Assembly (NCBI GenBank): GCA_030605415.1
Contig: JAUWIJ010000002.1
Coordinates: forward strand, 14,472-78,471
Direction: 5' to 3'
Source of the DNA: an archaeon
GTDB taxonomy: Archaea > Nanobdellota > Nanobdellia > Pacearchaeales > GW2011-AR1
Length of the DNA: 64,000 nt
In this document: positions 19,661-29,456 of the stretch, piece after piece
How the letters are laid out: every line of letters begins with the position of its first letter
Numbering within the stretch: position 1 is the first letter of the stretch
The notes under the pieces: generated by a model
What the model was told of the DNA's origin: nothing
Seen by the model: only the letters and a program-made list of their open reading frames with translations
The model's database searches: none
Made by a program: the position numbers and the translations under genes

Positions 19661-20026
19661 ATGTATTCATTACCTCAGGAAATCGAAGTTTGGTATATTA
19701 TCCCAGCAGTTCGAAAGGAATTAGCGAAGCTGTTGACTGGGAAGTATGAATTGAGTTACGAGAAAGCAGGAATGATTCTGGGGATTAGTAAAGCGGCGGT
19801 TTCACAATATCTATCCAACAAGAGAGCAAATAAGATTAAATTAAATTCAGACACAAAAAAAGAAATTGGTCTGTCGGCTAAAGTAATTGTTAAGAATCCT
19901 AAGTTGGCAGTGAGTGAGATTCAGAGAATTTTGAAATTCATGAAAGACAACAAATGTTCATGCAATGTTTGTAAAAAATATAACAAAGAGGTTCTCGGCT
20001 ATTGTAATTGTGAGCCAAGTTATTAA
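19661..20026 (+). CDS. Predicted transcription regulator (COG2522-like HTH) with Cys-rich tail
   Basis: LPQEIEVWYIIPAVR, GISKAAVSQYLSNKR, CSCNVC; GTTAAC-N4-GTTAAC immediately upstream. Confidence 0.75.
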   Translation: MYSLPQEIEVWYIIPAVRKELAKLLTGKYELSYEKAGMILGISKAAVSQYLSNKRANKIKLNSDTKKEIGLSAKVIVKNPKLAVSEIQRILKFMKDNKCSCNVCKKYNKEVLGYCNCEPSY

Positions 20027-21168
20027 TGAAAATTTATTTAGACAATGCAGCTACGACGAAAGTTTATCCGGAGGTCGCAAAAAAAGTTCAAGAACTTTTT
20101 GTTGATAAATACGGGAACGCTTCAAGTTTGCATTCGATTGGAACCGAGGTCAGAAAAAAAATAGATGAAGCTCGTGGAAAAATTGCTAGGTTTATTGGGG
20201 CAGAAATATCTGAGATAATTTTTACTTCGGGGGGAACTGAATCTAATAATTTGGCGTTGAGGGGTTTAGCTAAGGCAAATCCTGACAAAAAACATATTAT
20301 AACTTCGGTGATTGAACATCCGTCAATTTTAGAAACTTGTAAAGATTTGGAAAAGTCGGGATATAAAATTGATTACATCGGAGTTAATTCAGAAGGGATT
20401 ATTGACGTTGGAGAAATTGAAAAATTAATTTCTGAAAATACTTTGGTTGTTTCGATAATGCATGTTAATAATGAAATTGGGACTATTCAGCCAGTTGAAA
20501 AAATTGGAAAGGTTTGCAAAAAAGCAGAAGTTTATTTTCACACCGACGCTGTTCAGGGGTTTAAGAAAATAGATTTAGATATAAAGGACATTAATTTGTT
20601 TTCCGTTTCAGGACATAAGATTCATGCACCCAAAGGAATTGGATTTTTATATATTAAGAAGGGAACAAATATTTCTGCAATTATAACTGGAGGTGGACAG
20701 GAAAATAAGCTTCGTAGCGGAACTGAAAATGTGCCTGGGATTGTTGGATTAGCCACAGCCTTGGATGTTGACAATAAAAATAATGAGATAAAAAAAAGTA
20801 GAGACAAAATCATCGAAGGACTCTTGAAAATTCATGGAACCAAGATTAATGGCTCGATGAACAATCGTATTTATCATAATATTAATGTGTCGTTTTATGG
20901 GATTGAGGGCGAGAGTTTAATGTTAATGTTAGACAAGGATGGCATTTGTGTTTCAACTGGCTCAGCCTGTGCCTCCGCAAAATTAAAAGAAAGTTATGTT
21001 TTGAAAGCGATTGGTGTCGAGGATTTGTATATTCATGGAAGTTTGAGATTAACATTAGGAGATGATGTTGTTGGAAATGAGGATTATGTTATAAATAAAA
21101 TTAAAAAAAATGTTGAAAAGTTAAGAGAGATTAGTCCGTTTAAATTCGAAAAAATAGCAAGGAAGTGA
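20026..21168 (+). CDS. iscS: Cysteine desulfurase IscS/NifS
   Basis: YLDNAATT, FTSGGTE, HTDAVQ, SGHK, STGSAC. Confidence 0.95.
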   Translation: MKIYLDNAATTKVYPEVAKKVQELFVDKYGNASSLHSIGTEVRKKIDEARGKIARFIGAEISEIIFTSGGTESNNLALRGLAKANPDKKHIITSVIEHPSILETCKDLEKSGYKIDYIGVNSEGIIDVGEIEKLISENTLVVSIMHVNNEIGTIQPVEKIGKVCKKAEVYFHTDAVQGFKKIDLDIKDINLFSVSGHKIHAPKGIGFLYIKKGTNISAIITGGGQENKLRSGTENVPGIVGLATALDVDNKNNEIKKSRDKIIEGLLKIHGTKINGSMNNRIYHNINVSFYGIEGESLMLMLDKDGICVSTGSACASAKLKESYVLKAIGVEDLYIHGSLRLTLGDDVVGNEDYVINKIKKNVEKLREISPFKFEKIARK

Positions 21169-21171
21169 AGA

Positions 21172-21375
21172 ATGGAAAAGAAAAATAAAATTACTAAAAA
21201 TATGACTTTTGCTGAATTGATAAAAACAAATAAAAATGCGGCTGAGAAATTGGCTGACCGAGGTTTGTTTTGTGGCGGTTGTCCGATGGCACAATTTGAG
21301 ACGATTGAGAATGGGGCAAAAGCACACGGTGTTGATGTTGATGAGCTTGTCAAGGAGTTGAATGATGAGAAGTAA
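21172..21375 (+). CDS. DUF1858-domain protein
   Basis: ITKNMT..GLFCGGCP..ETIENGAKAHG. Confidence 0.8.
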   Translation: MEKKNKITKNMTFAELIKTNKNAAEKLADRGLFCGGCPMAQFETIENGAKAHGVDVDELVKELNDEK

Positions 21376-21745
21376 TATAGACTACAATAAAAAAGTGTTG
21401 GAACATTTTGAAAATCCGAGGAACATGGGGGAGATGAAAAATCCTGATGCTGAAGCGACGGTCGGGAATCCGCGATGCGGGGATGTTTTGAAAATTATGT
21501 TAAAAATTAGGGATGATAAAATTAAAGATATAAAATTCCAGACGATGGGATGTGTCGCAGCAATTGCTACGAGTTCTATGGCGACGAAGATAGTAAAAGG
21601 AAAAACCATAAACGAGGCGAAAAAGATTACAAATGTCGACGTTGCAAAGGCATTGGGCGAGTTACCCCCAATAAAAATACACTGTTCTAATTTGGCCGCG
21701 GATGCTTTGAGAAAAGCGATTGAGAATTGGAAAAAGTTTGATTAA
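21362..21745 (+). CDS. iscU: Fe-S scaffold IscU/NifU
   Basis: HFENPRN, GNPRCGD, GCVAAIA, KIHCS. Confidence 0.93.
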   Translation: MMRSNIDYNKKVLEHFENPRNMGEMKNPDAEATVGNPRCGDVLKIMLKIRDDKIKDIKFQTMGCVAAIATSSMATKIVKGKTINEAKKITNVDVAKALGELPPIKIHCSNLAADALRKAIENWKKFD

Positions 21746-21837
21746 AAACTATAAAAAATAATGAATCTCCCAAGCTCCCTATAACAAAGGAGACTCATTG
21801 AATATGATTAAATTAAAAATAATAATATTAAAAAGAT

Positions 21838-22011
21838 TTATTTCTTCTTTTTCTTTTTGACGACTTTCTTAGCAACTTTCTTCTTAGCAACCTTCTTTTT
21901 CTTCTTGCCACCTCGTGCCATCTTAGCTTCGCAAACGTTTCCCTTTCCGTCTACATAATATAGAAATCCAGATTTTCGTTCAACAACATTTTTAGCAATA
22001 ATTTTTCCCAT
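21838..22011 (-). CDS. Small basic protein, CC1-like chromatin protein with Lys-rich tail (57 aa)
   Basis: MGKIIAKNVVERKSGFLYYVDGKGNVCEAKMARGG followed by (KKKVA)n; AGGAGG SD at 22018-22023; below the ORF-track size cutoff. Confidence 0.75.
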   Translation of the reverse strand: MGKIIAKNVVERKSGFLYYVDGKGNVCEAKMARGGKKKKKVAKKKVAKKVVKKKKKK

Positions 22012-22069
22012 TTTTAACCTCCTTTTTACCTCTTTTATAAACTATAATTGTTCCAATTTACTTTTCTAT

Positions 22070-22420
22070 TTAAATGTTTCTATTGTCGCCAAAATTGTTT
22101 GTCGACGATAATTTGTTATTTTTAAGTGATGCAGGAATCTCCAATAAAAACCTTCCTTTGCCCGAAATACTTAATTTCCAGTTATTCACGTCGGTAATTT
22201 TGGTTGCGCGCATCTTTTCATCGAGCCAGATTGCCCTGAACGGTTTACAAAAAAAAGAATGAATTTGGATAATTTTATTTTTATTGAAAATAAAAAGGAG
22301 TGGTAAAGAATTTTTTTTAAACATTAGCCCTGAAAATTTTTTTAAGAGAGTGTCACAAATTTCTACCTTAATCTGTTTCTTTTTGCCCTCAATAAAATAA
22401 GTTATTGTTTTTAGAACCAT
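22070..22420 (-). CDS. DUF192 family protein
   Basis: GLMFK..LLFIF..IHSFFC..IWLD..LEIP. Confidence 0.75.
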   Translation of the reverse strand: MVLKTITYFIEGKKKQIKVEICDTLLKKFSGLMFKKNSLPLLFIFNKNKIIQIHSFFCKPFRAIWLDEKMRATKITDVNNWKLSISGKGRFLLEIPASLKNNKLSSTNNFGDNRNI

Positions 22421-22812
22421 TTCGTTTCTGAAGATTTTTTTAGATTACAATAATGATTATATATTTTATCTACCGACGCTGTGTGAACCTTGTTATGGTG
22501 AATGAATCCTCCGCCGAAAGATTTTGGGATGTGCATGAGTTCGTGGATGATAACTTTTAATTGTTCGTCAACGGAAAGTCTGTCAAATTTCTCTGAAATA
22601 ACTTCAATAAGATAAAACCCTTTCCTGCGACCCATACCAATTTGCATCGCTTTGCCAAGAGCGTGACATCTTGCAATTGTCCGTCGAGCTTTAGATCCAG
22701 TACTTCTGAGAAATGCTACATGCTCAAGAAGCACATGATTCCAAGCAAGTTTATTAACAACCTCTTTGGCGATTTGTTGAATGTCAGGAGCCTGATGATA
22801 TTTAATTGCCAT
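22411..22812 (-). CDS. Putative metallopeptidase (HExxH)
   Basis: RSTGSKARRTIARC, IIHELMHIP..H. Confidence 0.75.
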   Translation of the reverse strand: MAIKYHQAPDIQQIAKEVVNKLAWNHVLLEHVAFLRSTGSKARRTIARCHALGKAMQIGMGRRKGFYLIEVISEKFDRLSVDEQLKVIIHELMHIPKSFGGGFIHHNKVHTASVDKIYNHYCNLKKSSETKWF

Positions 22813-23080
22813 CTCTTACCTCTATTAGTTTTCTTTTAGATGTAAAGCCACTTATAATCTTTACCTCTTTGGAAAAATGTTTTTTCAGAAACTTGACCAG
22901 TTCCCCGTTAGCCCTATTATCTTTAGGATGACTTTTCAAAAAAACTTTAGATATGCTACCGTCGATAGATTGCTGTATTTCTTGTCTTCCGGGATTCGGC
23001 TGGCACTCAAGAGTGTACCTCCTGCCCATGTGGCATCTGCTAATGCAGACAGAGTCGGCAACTTTTATATTTAATCTCAT
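22802..23080 (-). CDS. DUF167/YggU family protein carrying an in-frame ~57-nt insertion
   Basis: NIKV...QPN, DNRANGELVKFL, ISGFTSKRK. Confidence 0.75.
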   Translation of the reverse strand: MRLNIKVADSVCISRCHMGRRYTLECQPNPGRQEIQQSIDGSISKVFLKSHPKDNRANGELVKFLKKHFSKEVKIISGFTSKRKLIEVRDGN

Positions 23081-23112
23081 AAGTATAAAAGTTGGTTTGA
23101 GATTATAAATAT

Positions 23113-24027
23113 TTAGTTAGCGAGAAGAAGTTCCTCGAGAAGAGCCATTCTAATATAAAGACCATTTTCTGCCTGACGAAAATAAGCAACTCGCGAGTCG
23201 TTTTGCTCTTTATCAATGGATATGTCAATTTCTTCGACGTGAGGTAATGGATGCATAATTATAGCACCTTTAGAAATAAATTCCAAATTTGCGTCATTTA
23301 TAACAAACTTTCCTTTAGCCTCTTCATAATCTTCTTGACTTATTCTTTCTTTCTGAATTCGAGTCATATATACCACGTCGACAGCTGGTAGCACCTTTTC
23401 CAAATCATCCTCTTCGGAAAATTCAATATTATGTTTTTCTAGATAGTCCTTAATTTCTTGACTTATTTTGAGATTTACAGGAGATACAAACACGATTTTG
23501 ACTCCCGAAAATTTTCCCAAAAGATAACACAAGGAGCGGACTGTTCTGCCCGAAGCAAGATCGCCAACCATTGCAATTTTTATATTATCAAGCTTCCCGA
23601 TTTCTCTGTAAATTGTATATGTATCTAAAAGAGCCTGAGTTGGATGCTGACCTTTGCCGTCACCACCATTTATAATTGGCACATCGCTCACCTCTGACGC
23701 CTTTTCTACGGAACCTTCTTTATTATGCCGCATAACAATAGCGTCGGAATATGTCGCGATGACCCTAATTGTATCCGCCAAAGATTCTCCCTTTGAAGCA
23801 GACGAAAACTCTCGGGCATTCTCAGTTCCCATAATCTGTCCACCCATTTTTAACATTGCCGATTCAAAACTTAATCGAGTTCGCGTGCTCGGCTCATAAA
23901 ATAAAGTTGTCAAAACTTTCCCATTCAAAGAATCACTCGGAGATATTCGAAGTTCGTCGGCTCGATTAAAAAGATTAAATAAATGTTCTTTTGTAAATTG
24001 TTGCGATTTAATTAAATGTTTTGTCAT
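23113..24027 (-). CDS. pyrB: Aspartate carbamoyltransferase catalytic subunit
   Basis: FYEPSTRTRLSFE, HPTQALLD, YMTRIQKER, MHPLP. Confidence 0.96.
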   Translation of the reverse strand: MTKHLIKSQQFTKEHLFNLFNRADELRISPSDSLNGKVLTTLFYEPSTRTRLSFESAMLKMGGQIMGTENAREFSSASKGESLADTIRVIATYSDAIVMRHNKEGSVEKASEVSDVPIINGGDGKGQHPTQALLDTYTIYREIGKLDNIKIAMVGDLASGRTVRSLCYLLGKFSGVKIVFVSPVNLKISQEIKDYLEKHNIEFSEEDDLEKVLPAVDVVYMTRIQKERISQEDYEEAKGKFVINDANLEFISKGAIIMHPLPHVEEIDISIDKEQNDSRVAYFRQAENGLYIRMALLEELLLAN

Positions 24028-24059
24028 TCTAATGTTTGAGAATTATCAGTTTATAAATT

Positions 24060-25241
24060 TTATCCAGTCATAATTTCAATTCCATCTCGATGTTTAAGTG
24101 GGTGGTTTTTACCGACGGGCTGTTTTGTTCGAACATCAATTGCTTTTATGAATTTATCTCCGATGTCTGTATGAAGCGAGTAAGCGAAATCAAGTGCGGT
24201 TGAACCTCCCGGAAGTAAAAAACAATCAGGAAGAACATTTCCCTTGCTGTCTGCAAGTTTTGAACCAGCTGGAAAGATTGCGATATAATTTAAAAGTTCA
24301 AATACGGATTTATCAAGAATATTCTGAACTCCAGTTGAACCAAATTCATCTAAGACGTTTTCCTTAATTGAATTCAATGCTATTTTTTGTTTTTCATTCA
24401 CTTTATCTTCGTTGATTGTGAAAGACGAGTCGCCTTGAACATATTCAATCATTCCCGCATTCGCAGCTTGTCTGAGCGATAATTCAGCGTCGGCAGAACA
24501 TGGAATTATCTCAATGTTAGGAAATTCAGTTTTCAGTTTTTCAAGATTTTCTTTCGCGCCCGACTTATCAATTTTATTCGCAGCGATTAACATTGGTTTT
24601 GTTGAGTGCCTCAATGTTTCTGTAAAATTTGATAAATCCTGTTCGGACCAAGACGTTGGAGATTCTGAATTGAGTTTTAATTTTGATAAGACAGATTTTA
24701 CATCTTCTTCGCTAACTCGTAAGCCCGAAAACTGTTTTGCAACCGAAGCTGAGAAATTTTGTTTTGTTGTTTGGATTGTTCTGGATAATTTATCCCAAAC
24801 TTTTTCAAAAATTGCCCTATACCATTTATTAAGTTCATTCTCCAACATTCTTACATCTTCGACCGGATTACCCTCGCCATCTTTACCTTCGCTATCAGTT
24901 GTTCCAGACACATCGACGACTTGGATAAACATATCCGCTTGTCTTAACGAATCTAAAAATTGATTACCTAATCCCTTTCCTTCCGAAGCACCCTTTACCA
25001 ATCCTGCGACGTCCATCAATTCTACGGGGACAAATCGTATTTCGCCCGTGCAGAATCCGGTTCGCGGGTTACACTTTACATTAAGTTCTTTACAAAGAGC
25101 ATCAACCCGAACATAACCAATTCCGTGATTCGGCTCAATAGTTGCAAAAGGATATGATGCTATAAGAACATCCGATAGCGTCGCTGCCTTAAAGAATGTC
25201 GATTTTCCACATGACGGTTTTCCTACTAATCCTAATAACAT
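24060..25241 (-). CDS. ychF: Obg-family translation-associated ATPase/GTPase YchF (archaeal type)
   Basis: [38 protein letters not shown] domain. Confidence 0.92.
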   Translation of the reverse strand: MLLGLVGKPSCGKSTFFKAATLSDVLIASYPFATIEPNHGIGYVRVDALCKELNVKCNPRTGFCTGEIRFVPVELMDVAGLVKGASEGKGLGNQFLDSLRQADMFIQVVDVSGTTDSEGKDGEGNPVEDVRMLENELNKWYRAIFEKVWDKLSRTIQTTKQNFSASVAKQFSGLRVSEEDVKSVLSKLKLNSESPTSWSEQDLSNFTETLRHSTKPMLIAANKIDKSGAKENLEKLKTEFPNIEIIPCSADAELSLRQAANAGMIEYVQGDSSFTINEDKVNEKQKIALNSIKENVLDEFGSTGVQNILDKSVFELLNYIAIFPAGSKLADSKGNVLPDCFLLPGGSTALDFAYSLHTDIGDKFIKAIDVRTKQPVGKNHPLKHRDGIEIMTG

Positions 25242-25292
25242 AAATCTAAGGCGATAAGAAGGTTTTTATATCTTTTTTTGTGAATAGTTTTG

Positions 25293-25315
25293 TGAGCCTG
25301 TAGCTCAGTCTTATA
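25293..25315 (+). repeat. att copy: displaced 5' exon of tRNA-Ile with a 17-nt deletion
   Basis: GAGCCTGTAGCTCAG+TCTTATA versus tRNA GAGCCTGTAGCTCAG-cctggtcagagcgctag-TCTTATA. Confidence 0.8.
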
Positions 25316-25365
25316 GTTTTTGTCGCAGACTTAAAGTTTAAATAGTCTTATTTCGTCTATATTTG

Positions 25366-26478
25366 ATGGATGAAAAGATGATTGAGTTCGACCCGAATAA
25401 AAACCCAACTCAAAACGCATATAAGAAATTAAGTAAAAAGGATAGGGGGATTATGGATGAGTTTGAGAAATATTGTTTAATATCCGCCAACACTTCACGA
25501 TCTAAAAAAATAAAGTCAAATGCTATAAGGTTTTTGTCGATGACTAAAAAAGATATAAGCAAGATTAATTTAGAAGATTTGAGAAATTTTTTAAGAATAT
25601 TAAAACAGAGTGATTTTTCAGATTACTATAAAAATGATGTCAAAGGATTTATTCAGAGATTCTTAAAATGGAAATTTGAGGATTGGTCAAAAAGATTTAA
25701 TGCCTTTGATGATATAAAATATAATTCAGACGCACAACGACAGAAGAAAATAAAACCCGAAGATATTTTAACGATTGAGGACGTGAGCAAATTAATAAAA
25801 CAAGAACCCTCTATTTTTTGGAAATGTTTTATAGTCTGTCAATATCAATGTTCCCTAAGAACTTTAGAGGTTAGAAGTTTGCGTTGGGATATGCTCGATA
25901 CAGAAGACCCCGAAGTTTATTTTTTAACTATCAAATCTAAGAAAAATAAAAACGGAGCTGAAAAAGAAAGAATATCTCCCCCGTTATCTTCGGAGTATAT
26001 TTATTTTTTAAATGAACTAAAGAAAGAGCAGGAAGAAAATAAAATTAAAAGTCCGTTCATCTTCCCATCTAAAACAAGTCCAAATATCTATATAAGTTCG
26101 GGGACGGTGTCTAAGTGGTTTAACAGATTAACAAAAAGAGTTTTAGGTAAGCCAGTAAAAAACTATTTGCTGAGACATTCTTTTGGAGAACATCTCCACC
26201 AGTTAGTTAGAAAAAAACAACTATCAAAAGAAAACGCAATTTTAATGATGGGTCATTCTGAAAAAATGTTTGATAAAACATATTCCCATACGGACAAAGC
26301 AGAGTTTAAGAAACTTCTAAAAAAACAAGTTCTTTCAGTTGATTACATCGCCCCCGAGAAAAAACACAAATTAGAATTAGAAATTGAGGAGTTGAAGAAA
26401 AATAGTATTTCTAAAGAAGATGTTTTAAAAATAGTTCAACAGGCACTAAAGAGAACGGCGAAAGGAATTAAGAATTAG
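25366..26478 (+). CDS. Tyrosine recombinase/integrase
   Basis: SLRTLEV (R), KSKK, YLLRHS, MGHS, TYSH (Y). Confidence 0.9.
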   Translation: MDEKMIEFDPNKNPTQNAYKKLSKKDRGIMDEFEKYCLISANTSRSKKIKSNAIRFLSMTKKDISKINLEDLRNFLRILKQSDFSDYYKNDVKGFIQRFLKWKFEDWSKRFNAFDDIKYNSDAQRQKKIKPEDILTIEDVSKLIKQEPSIFWKCFIVCQYQCSLRTLEVRSLRWDMLDTEDPEVYFLTIKSKKNKNGAEKERISPPLSSEYIYFLNELKKEQEENKIKSPFIFPSKTSPNIYISSGTVSKWFNRLTKRVLGKPVKNYLLRHSFGEHLHQLVRKKQLSKENAILMMGHSEKMFDKTYSHTDKAEFKKLLKKQVLSVDYIAPEKKHKLELEIEELKKNSISKEDVLKIVQQALKRTAKGIKN

Positions 26479-26984
26479 ATTTTTTCTTTTTTTAGTTTAT
26501 TGAGTTGTGAACGGATAATTGGATTAAGAAAATAATAACCCTTAATCTTCTTATTTTTTGAAGGTTCTTCTCTTTTTAGAATAATTCCCATCGTTATTAA
26601 ATCCTGTATGGTTTTATCAATTCTTCTAAAACTGGGAAACTTAAATTCTGATTTTAAAATATCCATTCTTTGTTTAATATCTACTTTTTCACAAACTTTT
26701 TGATGAATATTTTGAGGGATAGGATAAAAACCATCAAAAGGAAAAGAACGTTCATCTCTAAAATGTCCAGAGATTTTAACCATATGTGAATTATAAATTA
26801 GGGCGGATACAATATCTTTTATCACCATCGCTCGAGCTTCCTGATACAAAACAGCGACGATTTTTTGTTCTAAATCAATTAATCCCGTAAGCCAACTAAA
26901 CACAAAATCAGGGTCTAATTTTTCTAATGATTTTAATTTTTCTAATGATTGTTCTTTAATATCGAAAACACTTTTATTATTCAT
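26475..26984 (-). CDS. Winged-helix regulator-like protein of the element
   Basis: LEQKIVAVL..IKDIV..RRIDKTIQDLITMGII..YYFLNP; divergent from the small-ORF operon. Confidence 0.55.
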   Translation of the reverse strand: MNNKSVFDIKEQSLEKLKSLEKLDPDFVFSWLTGLIDLEQKIVAVLYQEARAMVIKDIVSALIYNSHMVKISGHFRDERSFPFDGFYPIPQNIHQKVCEKVDIKQRMDILKSEFKFPSFRRIDKTIQDLITMGIILKREEPSKNKKIKGYYFLNPIIRSQLNKLKKEKI

Positions 26985-27031
26985 AAGATAAGGGGACGAA
27001 ACAGCTTTATAAATTGTTGGTAATAAATGAT

Positions 27032-27082
27032 ACTATATGCAAACATTTAAATAGACAGATAATAAGTAACTATATGCAAACA
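27032..27082 (+). promoter_or_regulatory. Operator-like 14-bp direct repeats flanking a TATA box
   Basis: ACTATATGCAAACA at 27032-27045 and 27069-27082, with TTTAAATA at 27046-27053 between them. Confidence 0.6.
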
Positions 27083-27232
27083 AACGCAATTAATCGAATA
27101 GAAATAAAAAAAGTTTTACTTAGGAAATATGATAAATTAAAGTTTGTTGTAATTCCAAAAAAATCTTCTATTAAAGCAGGGGATTATGTTAAGATTGAAA
27201 AAATACCAGAGGTAAAGAATGCAAATAAATAA
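27074..27232 (+). CDS. Small AbrB-like (swapped-hairpin) DNA-binding protein
   Basis: KKVL..KFVVIPKKSSIKAGDYVKIEKI. Confidence 0.6.
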   Translation: MQTNAINRIEIKKVLLRKYDKLKFVVIPKKSSIKAGDYVKIEKIPEVKNANK

Positions 27233-27324
27233 TCTACAAGACTTTCAAAATAGATTTTTAGAGAACTTAAAAATAGAGTTAGAAGAATACAAGAGAACGG
27301 AAATACAAATCAGCGAGGGTAAAA

Positions 27325-27651
27325 ATGGAAAATAACGAGGAAAGACTAAAAATTTTAGAAAATGAGCAGATTCAGATGATAAATTTAATTAAGATTTTAT
27401 CTGAAGAAGTCAAGAAACCAAAAATAAATCCGATGGTTGCAATGAGGACAGGTTTAGCAAATGATGAAATAAGCTGGACTATCACCTCATCGAGTTCAGG
27501 AGATAAAGAGGAGTTGTTAAAGATTGTTGAGATGTTAAAGGAAGTTGAGAGGGAAGAAGAATTAAGCAAGAAGAAATGGCAAAATAAAAATAAGGAAATT
27601 CTGAAAGGTCGTGATGAGATGAATAATAAATCGGAGAAAAAATCTAAGTAA
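27325..27651 (+). CDS. Hypothetical coiled-coil protein of the element
   Basis: GAGG SD upstream; charged helical composition. Confidence 0.6.
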   Translation: MENNEERLKILENEQIQMINLIKILSEEVKKPKINPMVAMRTGLANDEISWTITSSSSGDKEELLKIVEMLKEVEREEELSKKKWQNKNKEILKGRDEMNNKSEKKSK

Positions 27652-27666
27652 TTAGATTAATGAAAA

Positions 27667-27852
27667 ATGGAAAGAGATGAGTTTAGTTTGGTTGGGAAGA
27701 AGTGTAAAATTCTTTTTGAAGATAATGGTAGGGTGTTGCCACGAATTGCGACAATAAAAGGAGAGACAGGTAATTTTTTAATTTTTGAGAATGAATATGG
27801 AATCGAATGTTTTCCGATTCATAAAATTGTTCGAGTGGAGGTTTGCCGATAA
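27667..27852 (+). CDS. Small Sm/LSm-like beta-barrel protein
   Basis: LVGKKCKILF..ATIKGETGNFLIF..FPIHKIVRVE pattern. Confidence 0.45.
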   Translation: MERDEFSLVGKKCKILFEDNGRVLPRIATIKGETGNFLIFENEYGIECFPIHKIVRVEVCR

Positions 27853-29456
27853 TGGCAGTTGATAATAAAAGAAAACTCGAGGCGAATTGGTTTGGAAACC
27901 AAAGTGCTTTAGGGGAATTAAAAATCGCCGACTTCTCAAGAAAGTCTTATGATTATTTTAGACAAACGGATATGTTTAAGAAAGAAAATGAGGAAGATAG
28001 GATTTCGTGGGAAACGTGGGAAAGGTATTGGACAGACGAAAAGATTTTTTCTATATTAGGAAAATTAAATGAGAGTTATGTTGGCGTTGATGGTGCGGTT
28101 TACATAAACCCAAACTACGAACCGATAAAAAAAGAAGAAGATAAAAAAACAGTATTTGATATTTTCACAATCGAAGGACAGGTAAAACAATTTTATGAAA
28201 TTCAACCTTTCTTTTATGACAAAACAAAATTATTTCATAGATGGGATATTGAAAACAAAAAATGGGAATTGTGCGATATTGAAGATATGCTTAATGGAAT
28301 ACGAAAAGAAGTTCCTGGTACAAATACAATCAACTCTAAAAATAAAGCGGAGATAACAAATGGCCTAAAACAAATCGGGAGAGAAAAGAAACCTGATCCT
28401 CTCCCCGTTAGTTGCATACAATTTAAAGATAAGATTGTAAACGCAAAAACAGGAGAGGAGTTTGAGGCTACGCCTAAATGGTTTACGACAAACCCTATCC
28501 CCTGGAAATTAGGAGATAGCACGGAAACCCCAACTATAGACAATTTACTAAAAGAGTGGGTTGTTGATAATGTTACTCAAGATGAAACATATGTAAAAAC
28601 AATGAAAGAGATAATCGCCCACTCAACAACTTCTCACCAATTTCTTCAAAGAATAATTGCTTTATGTGGTGGGGGGATGAATGGGAAGGGAACGTTTATC
28701 AAATTAATTGATAAATTTATTGGGAAAGAAAATAGTTGTGTAAGTGATTTAAGAATATTGGCAGATAATCGTTTTGAGACTTCTTCTTTGTATAAAAAAT
28801 TAGTTTGTATGATGGGAGAAGTAAACGCCGAAGATTTGAAAAGCACCAACACAATTAAAAAATTATCCGGCGAGGATGATATGAGATACGAGTTTAAAGG
28901 GAAGGGCTCATTTACAGAAGAATCCCCAACTACGTGCATAATTGCAACTAATTCACTTCCAACAACTCCCGATAAATCAGTCGGATTTTATCGCCGTTGG
29001 CTTACAATAGATTTCCCTCATCAATTTGAATTAAAAGAAGGATTGATTGATAGTATTCCTGGCGTTGAATTTGAAAATTTAGGAAAATGTATATTGGAAT
29101 TATTAAAGGAATTATATAAAACAAACAAATTCACAAACGAAGGAAGTATAGAAGAACGTCGGGATAGATATGAGGAGAGGTCAAATCCAATTTTGAAATT
29201 TATTGAAGAATATTGTGAGGAAGAATGCGGGAAAGTAGAATTAAAAGATTTTTCAAATGCCTTTAATGATTATCTTCGTGCTAAACATTTAAGGGTAGTC
29301 TCGCCAAAAGGAGTTGGAACATTGCTTAAAACAGAAGGTTTCGAGATTAGCGCGAGAACAGTTTATAGGGATAATAGGCAAACTTCGGCTCGTTGTGTGA
29401 TAAATTTACGCCTAAAAACTACTTTAACTACGCAAACTACAAATTCTATACTTTGA
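27852..29456 (+). CDS. D5/P4-type SF3 replicative helicase (no recognisable primase domain)
   Basis: D5_N-like FKDKIVN..ATPKWFTT, Walker A GGGMNGKGT, KKLSGED, ATNSLP, GFYRRW, C-terminal wHTH. Confidence 0.88.
   Translation: MAVDNKRKLEANWFGNQSALGELKIADFSRKSYDYFRQTDMFKKENEEDRISWETWERYWTDEKIFSILGKLNESYVGVDGAVYINPNYEPIKKEEDKKTVFDIFTIEGQVKQFYEIQPFFYDKTKLFHRWDIENKKWELCDIEDMLNGIRKEVPGTNTINSKNKAEITNGLKQIGREKKPDPLPVSCIQFKDKIVNAKTGEEFEATPKWFTTNPIPWKLGDSTETPTIDNLLKEWVVDNVTQDETYVKTMKEIIAHSTTSHQFLQRIIALCGGGMNGKGTFIKLIDKFIGKENSCVSDLRILADNRFETSSLYKKLVCMMGEVNAEDLKSTNTIKKLSGEDDMRYEFKGKGSFTEESPTTCIIATNSLPTTPDKSVGFYRRWLTIDFPHQFELKEGLIDSIPGVEFENLGKCILELLKELYKTNKFTNEGSIEERRDRYEERSNPILKFIEEYCEEECGKVELKDFSNAFNDYLRAKHLRVVSPKGVGTLLKTEGFEISARTVYRDNRQTSARCVINLRLKTTLTTQTTNSIL

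Noticed and set aside
16616-21783. 13-mer AAGCTCCCTATAA shared by intergenic regions near 16616 and 21772
   Set aside because: Only two short copies in different contexts; cannot be separated from chance.
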